Below, piece after piece: positions 1-8,502 of a stretch of DNA of 64,000 nt. Under the pieces are notes generated by a model. That model did no database searches. It was given only the letters and a program-made list of their open reading frames with translations, and was not told the origin of the DNA. This DNA comes from Acidimicrobiia bacterium (lineage in GTDB: Bacteria; Actinomycetota; Acidimicrobiia; Spongiisociales; ZC4RG35). Numbering within the stretch: the stretch's first letter is position 1; each line of letters begins with the position of its first letter. Made by a program: the position numbers and the translations under genes. The stretch is taken from NCBI GenBank assembly GCA_044867525.1, contig JBIOVB010000009.1, positions 599-64,598 on the forward strand. Reading direction: 5' to 3'.

Positions 1-617
1 CCGCACTCGCCGATCGCGTGAAACGTGAATCCTTGGCCAAGACCTTCATCTTCCTCCCGCTGGCGATCTCGATGGTCGGTGCCTCGGTGATCTGGGGGTA
101 CATGTATGCCTGGCGGGTGCCCGGGACGTCGCAGGTGGGCCTGATCAATGCCATCATCCAGGCCTTCGGCGGGGAACCGGTCGCGTTCATGCAGGTTCCC
201 ACTCTCAACACCTTCGCCATGATCGTCATCATGATCTGGCTCCAGGTCGGGTTCGCCATGGTCATCCTCTCGGCGGCCATCAAAGGGGTCCCCATCGAGC
301 TCACCGAAGCCGCTCGAATCGACGGGGCCACCGAGACCCAGGCCTTCTTCAGGATCCTGCTCCCTTCGATTTGGGGCTCGATCATCACCGTGTTCACCAC
401 CATCGCCATCGGCGTGCTCAAGGTGTTCGACATCGTCTACGTCATGACCAGCGGGGCTTTCGACAGCAGCGTGGTAGCGATGCGGATGTTCGAGGAGATG
501 TTCCGGTTCCGGAACTTCGGTCAGGCAACCACCATGGCCGTGCTCCTCTTCATTGCGGTGGTCCCGATCATGATCATCAACGTTCGCAACCTCCGAAGAC
601 AAGGGATCGGGCAATGA
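1..617 (+). CDS. Carbohydrate ABC transporter permease (MalF/UgpA-like), 5' end cut by window edge
   Basis: The frame is open from the window edge. The sequence is polytopic and carries the EAA-type loop 'PIELTEAARIDGATETQAFFRILLPS'. Its stop overlaps the next start (ATGA at 614-617). Confidence 0.85.
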   Translation, partial: ALADRVKRESLAKTFIFLPLAISMVGASVIWGYMYAWRVPGTSQVGLINAIIQAFGGEPVAFMQVPTLNTFAMIVIMIWLQVGFAMVILSAAIKGVPIELTEAARIDGATETQAFFRILLPSIWGSIITVFTTIAIGVLKVFDIVYVMTSGAFDSSVVAMRMFEEMFRFRNFGQATTMAVLLFIAVVPIMIINVRNLRRQGIGQ

Positions 618-1516
618 CCGTCACAGCAGAACCGCTACCCGAGGCCGCTGTCCGCCCCAAGCGGGCCAAGGAGCCCACCGCACGAGCCGGGTGGCCGGTC
701 AAGCTCAGCGTTCTGCTGATCGTGATCCTGTGGACGATCCCGAGCATGGGTCTGCTCATCGGGTCGTTCCTACCTGCTTCGGTGGCAACCAGCACCGGGT
801 GGTGGACTGCGCTCTTCAACCCCTTCAGCACGGAATGGACCCTGAACAACTACACCAACGTCCTGGGTCGTGGTGGCATGTTCGAAGCCTTCATCAACAG
901 CCTGATCGTCACCATTCCCTCGACGGTGATCCCGATCACGCTGGCAGCCTTCGCGGCCTACGCCTTCGCCTGGGTCAAATTCCGGGGTCGAGCATTCCTG
1001 TTCGCCGTGGTCGTCGGGTTGTTGGTGGTCCCCTTGCAGATGTCTCTGGTTCCCCTGCTTCAGATCTACCAGTCCGCCGGGCTCACCGGGTCCTTCCTCG
1101 GGATCTGGCTGGCTCACACCGGGTTCGGGCTCCCCCTCGCCATCTACCTGCTCTACAACTACATCTCGCAACTGCCGAAGGACATCTTCGAATCGGCTTA
1201 CCTGGACGGAGCCAGCCCGTTCACCGCCTTCACCCGGCTGGTTCTCCCCCTATCGCTACCGGCGCTCGCCGCCTTCGCCATCTTCCAATTCCTCTGGGTG
1301 TGGAACGACCTGCTGGTGGCCCTGGTGTTCTTGGGGACCACAGAGGACGTCGCGGTGATGACCATTCAGATGGCGACACTGGCTGGGACCAGAGGCGAAG
1401 CGATTCACTTGCTTACCGCTGCCGGCTTCATCTCCATGCTTCTCCCGATGATCGTGTTCTTGCTCCTGCAGCGTTTCTTCGTGCGCGGGCTCCTCGCCGG
1501 CTCGGTCAAGGGCTGA
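614..1516 (+). CDS. Carbohydrate ABC transporter permease (MalG/UgpE-like)
   Basis: I chose the ATG at 614 inside the longer ORF 371..1516. It overlaps the upstream stop (ATGA), and everything upstream of it is Arg/His-rich nonsense. The EAA loop 'IFESAYLDGASPFTAFTRLVLPLS' and six hydrophobic segments are present. Confidence 0.9.
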   Translation: MTVTAEPLPEAAVRPKRAKEPTARAGWPVKLSVLLIVILWTIPSMGLLIGSFLPASVATSTGWWTALFNPFSTEWTLNNYTNVLGRGGMFEAFINSLIVTIPSTVIPITLAAFAAYAFAWVKFRGRAFLFAVVVGLLVVPLQMSLVPLLQIYQSAGLTGSFLGIWLAHTGFGLPLAIYLLYNYISQLPKDIFESAYLDGASPFTAFTRLVLPLSLPALAAFAIFQFLWVWNDLLVALVFLGTTEDVAVMTIQMATLAGTRGEAIHLLTAAGFISMLLPMIVFLLLQRFFVRGLLAGSVKG

Positions 1517-1559
1517 GCAGCAAGCGCACCGGATACCTGGTGCAAGGTACGTTCCAGGC

Positions 1560-2540
1560 ATGAGGTTTGGAGCGTTCGTCCCCCAGGGTTGGCGTCTCGA
1601 CCTGGTCGGCATCGAGCCGCCTGACCACTGGTCGACCATGACAGCCGTGGCCAACGCGATCGAGGCCGCGGGGTACGAGTCGGCCTGGGTCTACGACCAC
1701 TTCCACACCGTTCCCGAGCCCACGCAGGAGCCCACCTATGAGGCGTTCACCCTCATGGCGGCACTGGCGGCCGCCACCGAAACCGTCCGCCTCGGGCAGA
1801 TGTGCACCTGCAACTCCTACCGCCCCCCGTCCTACCTGGCGAAAGTGGCGGCGTCGATCGACGTGATCTCGGGTGGCCGCCTGGAGATGGGGATCGGCGC
1901 CGGGTGGTATCAGGGCGAATACGAGGCCTACGGCTACGAGTTCCCCAGCCCCGCAGTGCGAATCGGCCAGCTCGCCGAGGCGGTCGAGATCATGACGCTG
2001 ATGTGGACCGAGGATGAGGCTCGCTTCGAGGGTCGCTATTACAACGTGGACGGCGCGATCTGCCGCCCCAAGCCGCTGCAGCAGCCCCATCCCCCGCTCT
2101 GGATCGCAGGCGGTGGGGAGCAGCTCACATTGCGGGTTGCAGCCGAGCACGCCGCATACACCAACTTCGGCATCGACCTCGCCCAATTCCATGCGAAGTC
2201 GGCGGCTCTCGAGAGCCACTGCCGCGACGTGGGGCGGGATTTCGACGCCATCGTGCGCTCCAGCAACTTCAACATCATCTGCGCCGCCACCGAAACGGAG
2301 GTGGCGGACAAGCTGGACTGGCTCGAAGACAAAGCCCGAAGTCTCGTCTCCGAGGAGAAGGCGGCCGAGCAGCGGGAGGAGTTCCGTCGCTTCTCGGGCA
2401 CTCCGGAACAGATCGTGGAGAAGCTGCGACCGTGGGCCGATGCCGGCCTGGAGTACACCATCGTCTACTTCCCCGACCCCGCCTACGACCGGAGTGGGTT
2501 GGAGCTGTTTGCCCGGGAGGTGATCCCCGCCTTCGCCTGA
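1560..2540 (+). CDS. LLM-class (luciferase-like) F420-dependent oxidoreductase
   Basis: 326 aa. The sequence 'MRFGAFVPQGW...YESAWVYDHF...GGRLEMGIGAGW...PKPLQQPHPPLWIAGGGE' follows the pattern of the TIGR03560-type LLM family. Confidence 0.85.
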   Translation: MRFGAFVPQGWRLDLVGIEPPDHWSTMTAVANAIEAAGYESAWVYDHFHTVPEPTQEPTYEAFTLMAALAAATETVRLGQMCTCNSYRPPSYLAKVAASIDVISGGRLEMGIGAGWYQGEYEAYGYEFPSPAVRIGQLAEAVEIMTLMWTEDEARFEGRYYNVDGAICRPKPLQQPHPPLWIAGGGEQLTLRVAAEHAAYTNFGIDLAQFHAKSAALESHCRDVGRDFDAIVRSSNFNIICAATETEVADKLDWLEDKARSLVSEEKAAEQREEFRRFSGTPEQIVEKLRPWADAGLEYTIVYFPDPAYDRSGLELFAREVIPAFA

Positions 2541-2544
2541 CCTC

Positions 2545-2597
2545 CCGAAATTTGGACCGTGAGGTCACTATTTGACCCCTGGATGTCCAAATTTCGG
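2545..2597. terminator. 13-bp inverted repeat (CCGAAATTTGGAC / GTCCAAATTTCGG) between convergent genes
   Basis: The arms at 2545-2557 and 2585-2597 are perfect and separated by a 27-nt spacer. The element is locally AT-rich and lies between the LLM stop (2540) and the MFS stop (2604). There is no U-tract and the loop is long. Confidence 0.35.
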
Positions 2598-2603
2598 CGG
2601 GCG

Positions 2604-3854
2604 TCAGTGCCCGACGGAGCGGGGCTCGGTGCTCGGGTCGGGGAACCCGGGTCGGGGCACGACTTGGTCCGCAGCGGCGTCCAGCCTCCTCGCCTGCGGG
2701 TAGAAGGCCAGGGCGATGAGCCCCACCACGACTCCGGCCATTATCAGCGAGCGCTGGACCCCAAAGATCCCGGCGAGCCAGGGGGCCACCGCCAACGGGA
2801 GAAGGTGAGCCACCTCGGAGTGGACCTGGGAGACACCGGTGATCCGCCCCAGCAACGGTTCGGGAGAGTTGATCTGGATCATCGTGCGCAACAAGGGGGC
2901 CATGGCCCCGATGACCAGGCCCCAGGTCATACCGGCGGCTACCACCACGGGTAAGCGATCGGTGCCCACATACAGGAGGTCTCCGATCGAGTTCAACGCA
3001 ACCAAGATCACGACGGTGCGGGCGCTTCGCAGCCGTGCCGGGAGACGAGACGAGATCACGGTGCCGGCAACCAGACCGATCCCGAACAACGAGTTGATCC
3101 AGCCCATGGTCGCCGGGCCCACGCCGAGCACATCGCGGTAGAACAGTGGCTCCAGCGCGCTGAAGGTCCCGAACAGGATCCACACCAGCGAGCCAACGAT
3201 CAGGAAGAAACGCAGCGCGGCGTGCTTGTAGGAGTAGCTGAACCCCTGTCTCAGCTCGTCGAGGCCATGCGAGCCCTCCCGATCCTGCTTGGCCACCGCC
3301 CGCACCGTCACCGGGACCACGATCAGGGCCGCCACTGCGGAAGTGGCTGCATCGAGGACGAAGATGCTCTCCAACCCGATCGTCACCGTCATCAGAGCCC
3401 CTGCCGCCGGGCCCACGACGAATGCGGCCCAAGAGGCGCCTTCGATATAGCCATTCACCTTCGCCAGCCGGTCCTGGTCGTCGGTGAGGTAGGGAGCGAA
3501 GGAAGCGATCGCGGTGAACACCGGGGTGCCCACCAACCCGAGGAGAAAGGTCATCACCACCATCGCCGGGATGGTGTCGGCAAAGATCATCCCGATCGCC
3601 ACCGGGATGAACAGGATCTCCCCGCCGATCAACACCCTTCGTGGGTCGAAACGATCGACCAGGACCCCGGCGATCGCCGACCCGATCAGCGAGGCGACAC
3701 CGAGGGCTGCCATGACCGCGGCCACCTCTCCGGCGGTCGCCTCCAACTGGAAGGCGGTCTTGCCCCAGATTCCGACGAAGAAGGCGGCCTCACCACCGAC
3801 CCGGGAGATGAAGCGGGCGGCGACGACCCGAACGACGTCTCGATCAGCCCACAT
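2604..3854 (-). CDS. MFS transporter (EntS/MFS_3-like)
   Basis: I chose the ATG at 3854 within ORF 2604..4226. The product has about 12 hydrophobic segments, and the N-terminus 'MWADRDVVRVVAARFISRVGGEAAFF' is typical of this MFS subfamily. The upstream extension would overlap the neighbouring gene. Confidence 0.8.
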   Translation of the reverse strand: MWADRDVVRVVAARFISRVGGEAAFFVGIWGKTAFQLEATAGEVAAVMAALGVASLIGSAIAGVLVDRFDPRRVLIGGEILFIPVAIGMIFADTIPAMVVMTFLLGLVGTPVFTAIASFAPYLTDDQDRLAKVNGYIEGASWAAFVVGPAAGALMTVTIGLESIFVLDAATSAVAALIVVPVTVRAVAKQDREGSHGLDELRQGFSYSYKHAALRFFLIVGSLVWILFGTFSALEPLFYRDVLGVGPATMGWINSLFGIGLVAGTVISSRLPARLRSARTVVILVALNSIGDLLYVGTDRLPVVVAAGMTWGLVIGAMAPLLRTMIQINSPEPLLGRITGVSQVHSEVAHLLPLAVAPWLAGIFGVQRSLIMAGVVVGLIALAFYPQARRLDAAADQVVPRPGFPDPSTEPRSVGH

Positions 3855-3880
3855 TGCGGCCACGCTACCGGCGGCGACCG

Positions 3881-5161
3881 TCAGATCAGACTGGAATAGT
3901 CGGCCTCGAGCCGGGTCCAGTCCAACTTGGCCATGAACCCCCCCAGGCTGAGGGCCACGCTGAGGGCGGGGAGGTCGTCGAAGGGCGGAGGGATGAACTC
4001 GGGCTGTTCCACGAGACCTTCCTCCTCCAACTGATGGAGCACCGACATGTCGAGCAGGTCGACCTTTCCGCAGAAGAGCAATGGGATCCGATGCGCCTTG
4101 CCGGTCTGAATCGCCAGCCGCACATAGAGGAGGGTCAGCACCAAACCCTTGCCATAGCCAAGGTCCTTGGTGAACGGGCCTGCATCGGGCAGGCTCCCCC
4201 GGTAGATGCGATGCGCCGCTGACCATGCCTCGTCCTCATTCAGGCCATCAGTGCGGAACGCTTCGAATACCTCGATGAAGGTCGCGCCCTCACTGGCCAT
4301 CTTGATTCCCTCGATGCGGTGCATCAGCTTCGCCAGCCTCCGGGGATGGCTCCTCATGTTGATCATCTCGGTGAGCACCGCCAGGCCCTCCTGGGTGACG
4401 GTGGATCGGGGCGCCGCCTTCCCGAGGAAGGTGCACACCGGCTGGGCGAGGCCGTTGAGTGTGGTACCGACGTGGACCCATCCCTCGTGGGCCTCGAGCA
4501 GGTCGAGGTCGCGCTGGGAGAAGAACTTGTCCTCGTTGAGCTTTATGTAGTCGGCCCCGGCGGCGGCATCGGCCGCGATCCCATCGTCGGCCTTGACGTC
4601 GATCCTCCCCGGGCCCATCGACTGGTCGAGTTGGCGCTGCAGGATTCCCACCGCCGTCGTGCCGTCGATCGAGCGAGCGTCTTCCATCTCCATTATCTCC
4701 CCGGCCAGACCTTCCAGGATGTGCCTCATCTGCTCGGCGAGATCGGCAATCGTCGGCCCGCCGACATGGAACACGTCGTGAGGAGTCCCGTAGAGAAGCC
4801 CACTCAGCTGGGCGAAACCCTCGGTCCCCCGGCTCTCCAACAAGTCCACCACCTGGAGGTACTGCTCACACATGAAGCGCATCATCACCGAGGCCGGAGC
4901 CACCGGGCCGAGCCGGCTCAGGATCTCCCCCTGGATCGCCCGGAGCTCGGTGCGGGTTTGCATCGGGTCCAGCCTGATTTCCTTCGCCTCGTAGTAGCCG
5001 CGGTCCACCTTCGGCTGCTCCTTGAAGCCGGAGGCGAAGAAGTCCTTCTTGACCTGGTCGTCCCAATTGATCGCGCTCAGCACCCGAATCGGGCGCTGCG
5101 TCTCGACGATGCGGTCGGAGAGATCTCTAATCGTCTGGCTGTAGGCATCCGCCCCGGTCAA
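3881..5161 (-). CDS. QEGLA-motif protein (DUF1704; flavohemoglobin expression-modulating / MATCAP-like carboxypeptidase fold)
   Basis: 426 aa containing the family signature 'VTQEGLAVLTE' and an 'HEGWVH' string. The start is TTG at 5161, preceded by AGGAG. Confidence 0.8.
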   Translation of the reverse strand: MTGADAYSQTIRDLSDRIVETQRPIRVLSAINWDDQVKKDFFASGFKEQPKVDRGYYEAKEIRLDPMQTRTELRAIQGEILSRLGPVAPASVMMRFMCEQYLQVVDLLESRGTEGFAQLSGLLYGTPHDVFHVGGPTIADLAEQMRHILEGLAGEIMEMEDARSIDGTTAVGILQRQLDQSMGPGRIDVKADDGIAADAAAGADYIKLNEDKFFSQRDLDLLEAHEGWVHVGTTLNGLAQPVCTFLGKAAPRSTVTQEGLAVLTEMINMRSHPRRLAKLMHRIEGIKMASEGATFIEVFEAFRTDGLNEDEAWSAAHRIYRGSLPDAGPFTKDLGYGKGLVLTLLYVRLAIQTGKAHRIPLLFCGKVDLLDMSVLHQLEEEGLVEQPEFIPPPFDDLPALSVALSLGGFMAKLDWTRLEADYSSLI

Positions 5162-5190
5162 GTTGTCTCCTGGCTGGCTGGATGCCGAAT

Positions 5191-6408
5191 CTACCCCGCG
5201 CGAAACCCGGCCGACCAGGTGTTGAGAAGGCGGGTCGCCGCAGCCCGGCCGGAACGGATAGCCCCGTCGATCGACCCCGACCCCGTGGTGTGCTCACCGG
5301 CGAAGAACACCCGGCCGAACGGCTCCTCGAATTGTCTGAGCAGTGGCCTGATGCCGGGGCCGATCACCGTGTAACAGCCGCCGGCCAATTGATCGGCGCC
5401 CCAGTCCACAATCGTCGGTGCGCCGGTCAATTCGACCTCGGGCGCCGAAGCTCGGAGTCTCGCCTCCGGATAGGCGAGCAGCTCGCCCACACCAGCTGCC
5501 GTTCCGGCAAACCCGGTCACCGCCATCCGCACATCGCCGTGCCCGGCGAGACCGGTCCAATACCAGGCCGGGATGTCGGTGTCCTGACGGCGGAAGAGAG
5601 GCGGATTCGAGCGCGTGGTCATCGCCACCTTGGCCGCGGTCCCCATCTCGATCCGGTCCACCGTGCTCGCCAGGGGCTGGGGAAACCCCGGATCGAACTC
5701 GATGCGCCTGAGCATCGGGAATGGCACCGCCACCACTACCGCATCGGCGTCCATCACCTCGCCGGCTGCTTCGATGGCGACACCGTGACTGCTCTGGGCA
5801 ACCGAGGTGATCACGGTCTCCAAGGACACGGTGAGCCCGGAGGCCATCGCCTTCGCCAGGGAGTCATTCCCCCCGGCGATCCGGTAATAGACGTGCTCGC
5901 CGTAACCGAAATCGGCGCCAATCTCCGAACCGGCCACGATCTCGAGTGGTGCGCCGCAGGTGCCCTCGAGTCGGGATCTCAGCACCTGAAAGGCGGGGCT
6001 CCCGTCGGCGACCTCGTCGACGACTGCGGCTGCGGTGATCGATTCCAACTCACCGTCGGAGAGGCTCGCCACAAGGTCGGCCAGCGCCCGGTTGACCCGC
6101 TGGTGCTCCGCCATTTGTATCTCCTCGCCACCCACCGCGTCCCGGGTCACGAAATCGATGCCGGGGTCGACGAGCCGCAGTCCGAGCTCGGCCGCGAGCC
6201 CGAGGACCGCATCCTGGCCGGAGGCGATCCACTCCCCGCCCAACTCGACCACCTCGCCGTTGTCCAACATGGTCGACCAAACCCTGCCTCCGACCCGGTC
6301 CCGGGCCTCGACCACCACCACGTCACAGCCGGAATTCGCCAGGTCGCGGGCCGCAGCGAGGCCGGCGACCCCGGCTCCGACGACGATCGCAGCGAAACCG
6401 GGGGGCAT
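5191..6408 (-). CDS. Flavin-containing amine oxidase (monoamine/putrescine oxidase family)
   Basis: The N-terminal dinucleotide fold 'IVVGAGVAGLAAARDL...VVVVEARDRVGGRV' and the C-terminal 'FFAGEHT' motif are both present. Confidence 0.85.
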   Translation of the reverse strand: MPPGFAAIVVGAGVAGLAAARDLANSGCDVVVVEARDRVGGRVWSTMLDNGEVVELGGEWIASGQDAVLGLAAELGLRLVDPGIDFVTRDAVGGEEIQMAEHQRVNRALADLVASLSDGELESITAAAVVDEVADGSPAFQVLRSRLEGTCGAPLEIVAGSEIGADFGYGEHVYYRIAGGNDSLAKAMASGLTVSLETVITSVAQSSHGVAIEAAGEVMDADAVVVAVPFPMLRRIEFDPGFPQPLASTVDRIEMGTAAKVAMTTRSNPPLFRRQDTDIPAWYWTGLAGHGDVRMAVTGFAGTAAGVGELLAYPEARLRASAPEVELTGAPTIVDWGADQLAGGCYTVIGPGIRPLLRQFEEPFGRVFFAGEHTTGSGSIDGAIRSGRAAATRLLNTWSAGFRAG

Positions 6409-6415
6409 CCTCCGA

Positions 6416-6463
6416 TTCTCGCGCGCCGTTGTCGACCCATAGGTCGATAACGGCGCGCGAAAA
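6416..6463. repeat. GC-rich palindromic repeat element, copy 1 (TTCTCGCGCGCCGTTGTCGACC-cata-GGTCGATAACGGCGCGCGAAAA)
   Basis: The 22-nt arms pair at 20/22 positions around a 4-nt centre. The right flank is AAAACGAGGGGGG. Copies 2 and 3 lie at 18919-18966 and 43675-43722. Confidence 0.8.
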
Positions 6464-6505
6464 CGAGGGGGGAAGACCGGTGGAGACTCCGGTTACCCTC
6501 CCGCC

Positions 6506-8467
6506 GTGCCCGACCACGGCTACCCCGTCACCATCGATCGCCGGGTGTTCGTGGAAATGGACGACGGCATCCGGGTGGCGCTCACGGTCTACAGGCCGGA
6601 CGCTGCGGGCGACGGGCCTTTCCCCACGGTCCTCGAGTCCCTTCCCTACCGCAAGGACGACGACTGCACCGCCCGCGACTGGACGACCTACGCATATCTC
6701 GCGGCCCGCGGCTTCGCCGGGGTCCGCATCGACCTCCGGGGCACCGGTGCCTCCACCGGGGTCATCGTCAACGAATACACCGGCCAGGAGCAGCAGGACA
6801 ACCTGGCAGTCATGGAGTGGCTGACGGACCAGGACTGGTGCAGCGGTGAGCTCGGGATGTGGGGCATCTCCTGGGGTGGGTTCAGCGCATTGCAGACCGC
6901 CATGCTGCGCCCTCCCCACCTGAAGGCCATCCTTCCCATGCACGCCACACACGACCGGTTCGCCTGTGACGTGCACTACACAGGGGGCTCGTTGCACGCT
7001 GCCGAGCAGGTGGACTGGCCGACATCGATGGTGGCCACCAACGGCTTGCCCCCCGACCCGGACATCGTCGGCGAAGTCTGGTTCGAGCAGTGGATGGAGA
7101 GGTTGGAGTCAACCCCGCAATGGCCGTTCGAGTGGCTGCGCCACCAAAGGCGAGACGCCTACTGGCTCCACGGCTCGCCCTGTGCCGACTACGCCTCGAT
7201 CCAGGCCCCGACCTTGCTGATCGGGGGCTGGCTCGACGGTTACGTCGACGGGATGTTGGCCCTCACCGAGCACCTGACCTGCCCAACCCGGGCGGTGATC
7301 GGCCCCTGGGGCCACTACCGCCCCGCCACCGGCGTGCCCCAACCGACCCTTGATCACCTCGACCTGATGTCTCGCTGGTTCGGGCATCACCTCCGGGGCG
7401 ACGACAACGACATCATGAGCCTGCCCAAGGCCTCCGTCTTCGTGAGGACAGCGGCCCCCTTCGACGGCGACCGGGTGGAGGGCTACTGGCGGGGGGAGCC
7501 CGACTGGCCGCCACAGGATCGCTCGGAATGGCGGGCGACACTGGCCGACTTGACCCACGACACGGTGACCTGGTCCGGGCCGCAATGGGTGGGCGCACAT
7601 GCTCCGGCATGGGACCGGGCCGGGATCGGGAGCAAGCCTGGCGTGGCCGACGACGAGGCGTCCATCACCTTCCAGTCCGCCCCGCTGACCGAGAGACTGG
7701 AGATCCTCGGCCAGCCTGAGGTCGAGCTCACGGTCACCTCGGACCGACCGCTGGGAATGGTGGCGGCAAGGCTCTCGGCGGTGTCCCCCGAGGGGGTCCC
7801 CCACCTCATCTGCCGGGGGAATCGCAACCTGGTGTTCCCCGACGACCTCTCCGAGCCGATCCAGGTCGAACCGGGGCGGGAGCTGACAGTGAGATTCCCC
7901 CTGCTCGCCTCCTCGGCGGTCATCGAGGCGGGATGGAACCTGCGCCTTGCTCTAGCCGGCGCCGACTTCCCGGTCGTATGGCCACCCGGCGAGCGGTTCA
8001 CACTCTCGGTCGATCCGAGCCGGTCGCTACTGATTCTGCCCAACGTGCCCCCCCGACCGGCAGAGCGCAGCCTGGACTGGCCTGAGTCGGAGCCTCCGCC
8101 GACTCCGAACGTCATCGAGGTCAGTGACGATCGGGCCTTCTCGTTGTCCCGGGAGGGCGACACCACGACCTATCACCGGGAGATCTCGAGCACAGAGGAG
8201 CAGCCGGACCGGGATCGGCTCACCTATCACTCCCGCCAGGAGTGGACGGTCCGCGTTGCAGACCACGATCCGGCGAGCACCAGGCTGTGGTCCGTCAACG
8301 AGATCCACCTCGAACGCCCGGGCTGGGACGTGGCCACCATCGGATCCCTGGAGATGAGCGGCGATGCCGACATCTTGCGCCTCCACATCGAGCTGGAGGC
8401 TTTCAAGGACGGCGAGCCGATCTGGCAGAAGACATGGGAGGAGTCTGTGCCCCGGGAGTGGGCCTGA
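6506..8467 (+). CDS. CocE/NonD-family hydrolase (X-Pro dipeptidyl-peptidase S15-like)
   Basis: 653 aa with 'ESLPYRKDD', 'RGTGASTG' and the nucleophile elbow 'GISWGG', followed by a large C-terminal beta domain. GTG start. Confidence 0.85.
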   Translation: MPDHGYPVTIDRRVFVEMDDGIRVALTVYRPDAAGDGPFPTVLESLPYRKDDDCTARDWTTYAYLAARGFAGVRIDLRGTGASTGVIVNEYTGQEQQDNLAVMEWLTDQDWCSGELGMWGISWGGFSALQTAMLRPPHLKAILPMHATHDRFACDVHYTGGSLHAAEQVDWPTSMVATNGLPPDPDIVGEVWFEQWMERLESTPQWPFEWLRHQRRDAYWLHGSPCADYASIQAPTLLIGGWLDGYVDGMLALTEHLTCPTRAVIGPWGHYRPATGVPQPTLDHLDLMSRWFGHHLRGDDNDIMSLPKASVFVRTAAPFDGDRVEGYWRGEPDWPPQDRSEWRATLADLTHDTVTWSGPQWVGAHAPAWDRAGIGSKPGVADDEASITFQSAPLTERLEILGQPEVELTVTSDRPLGMVAARLSAVSPEGVPHLICRGNRNLVFPDDLSEPIQVEPGRELTVRFPLLASSAVIEAGWNLRLALAGADFPVVWPPGERFTLSVDPSRSLLILPNVPPRPAERSLDWPESEPPPTPNVIEVSDDRAFSLSREGDTTTYHREISSTEEQPDRDRLTYHSRQEWTVRVADHDPASTRLWSVNEIHLERPGWDVATIGSLEMSGDADILRLHIELEAFKDGEPIWQKTWEESVPREWA

Positions 8468-8502
8468 TCCGGCCTCGGACAAGGGTCCAGTATTCTCCGC
8501 GC

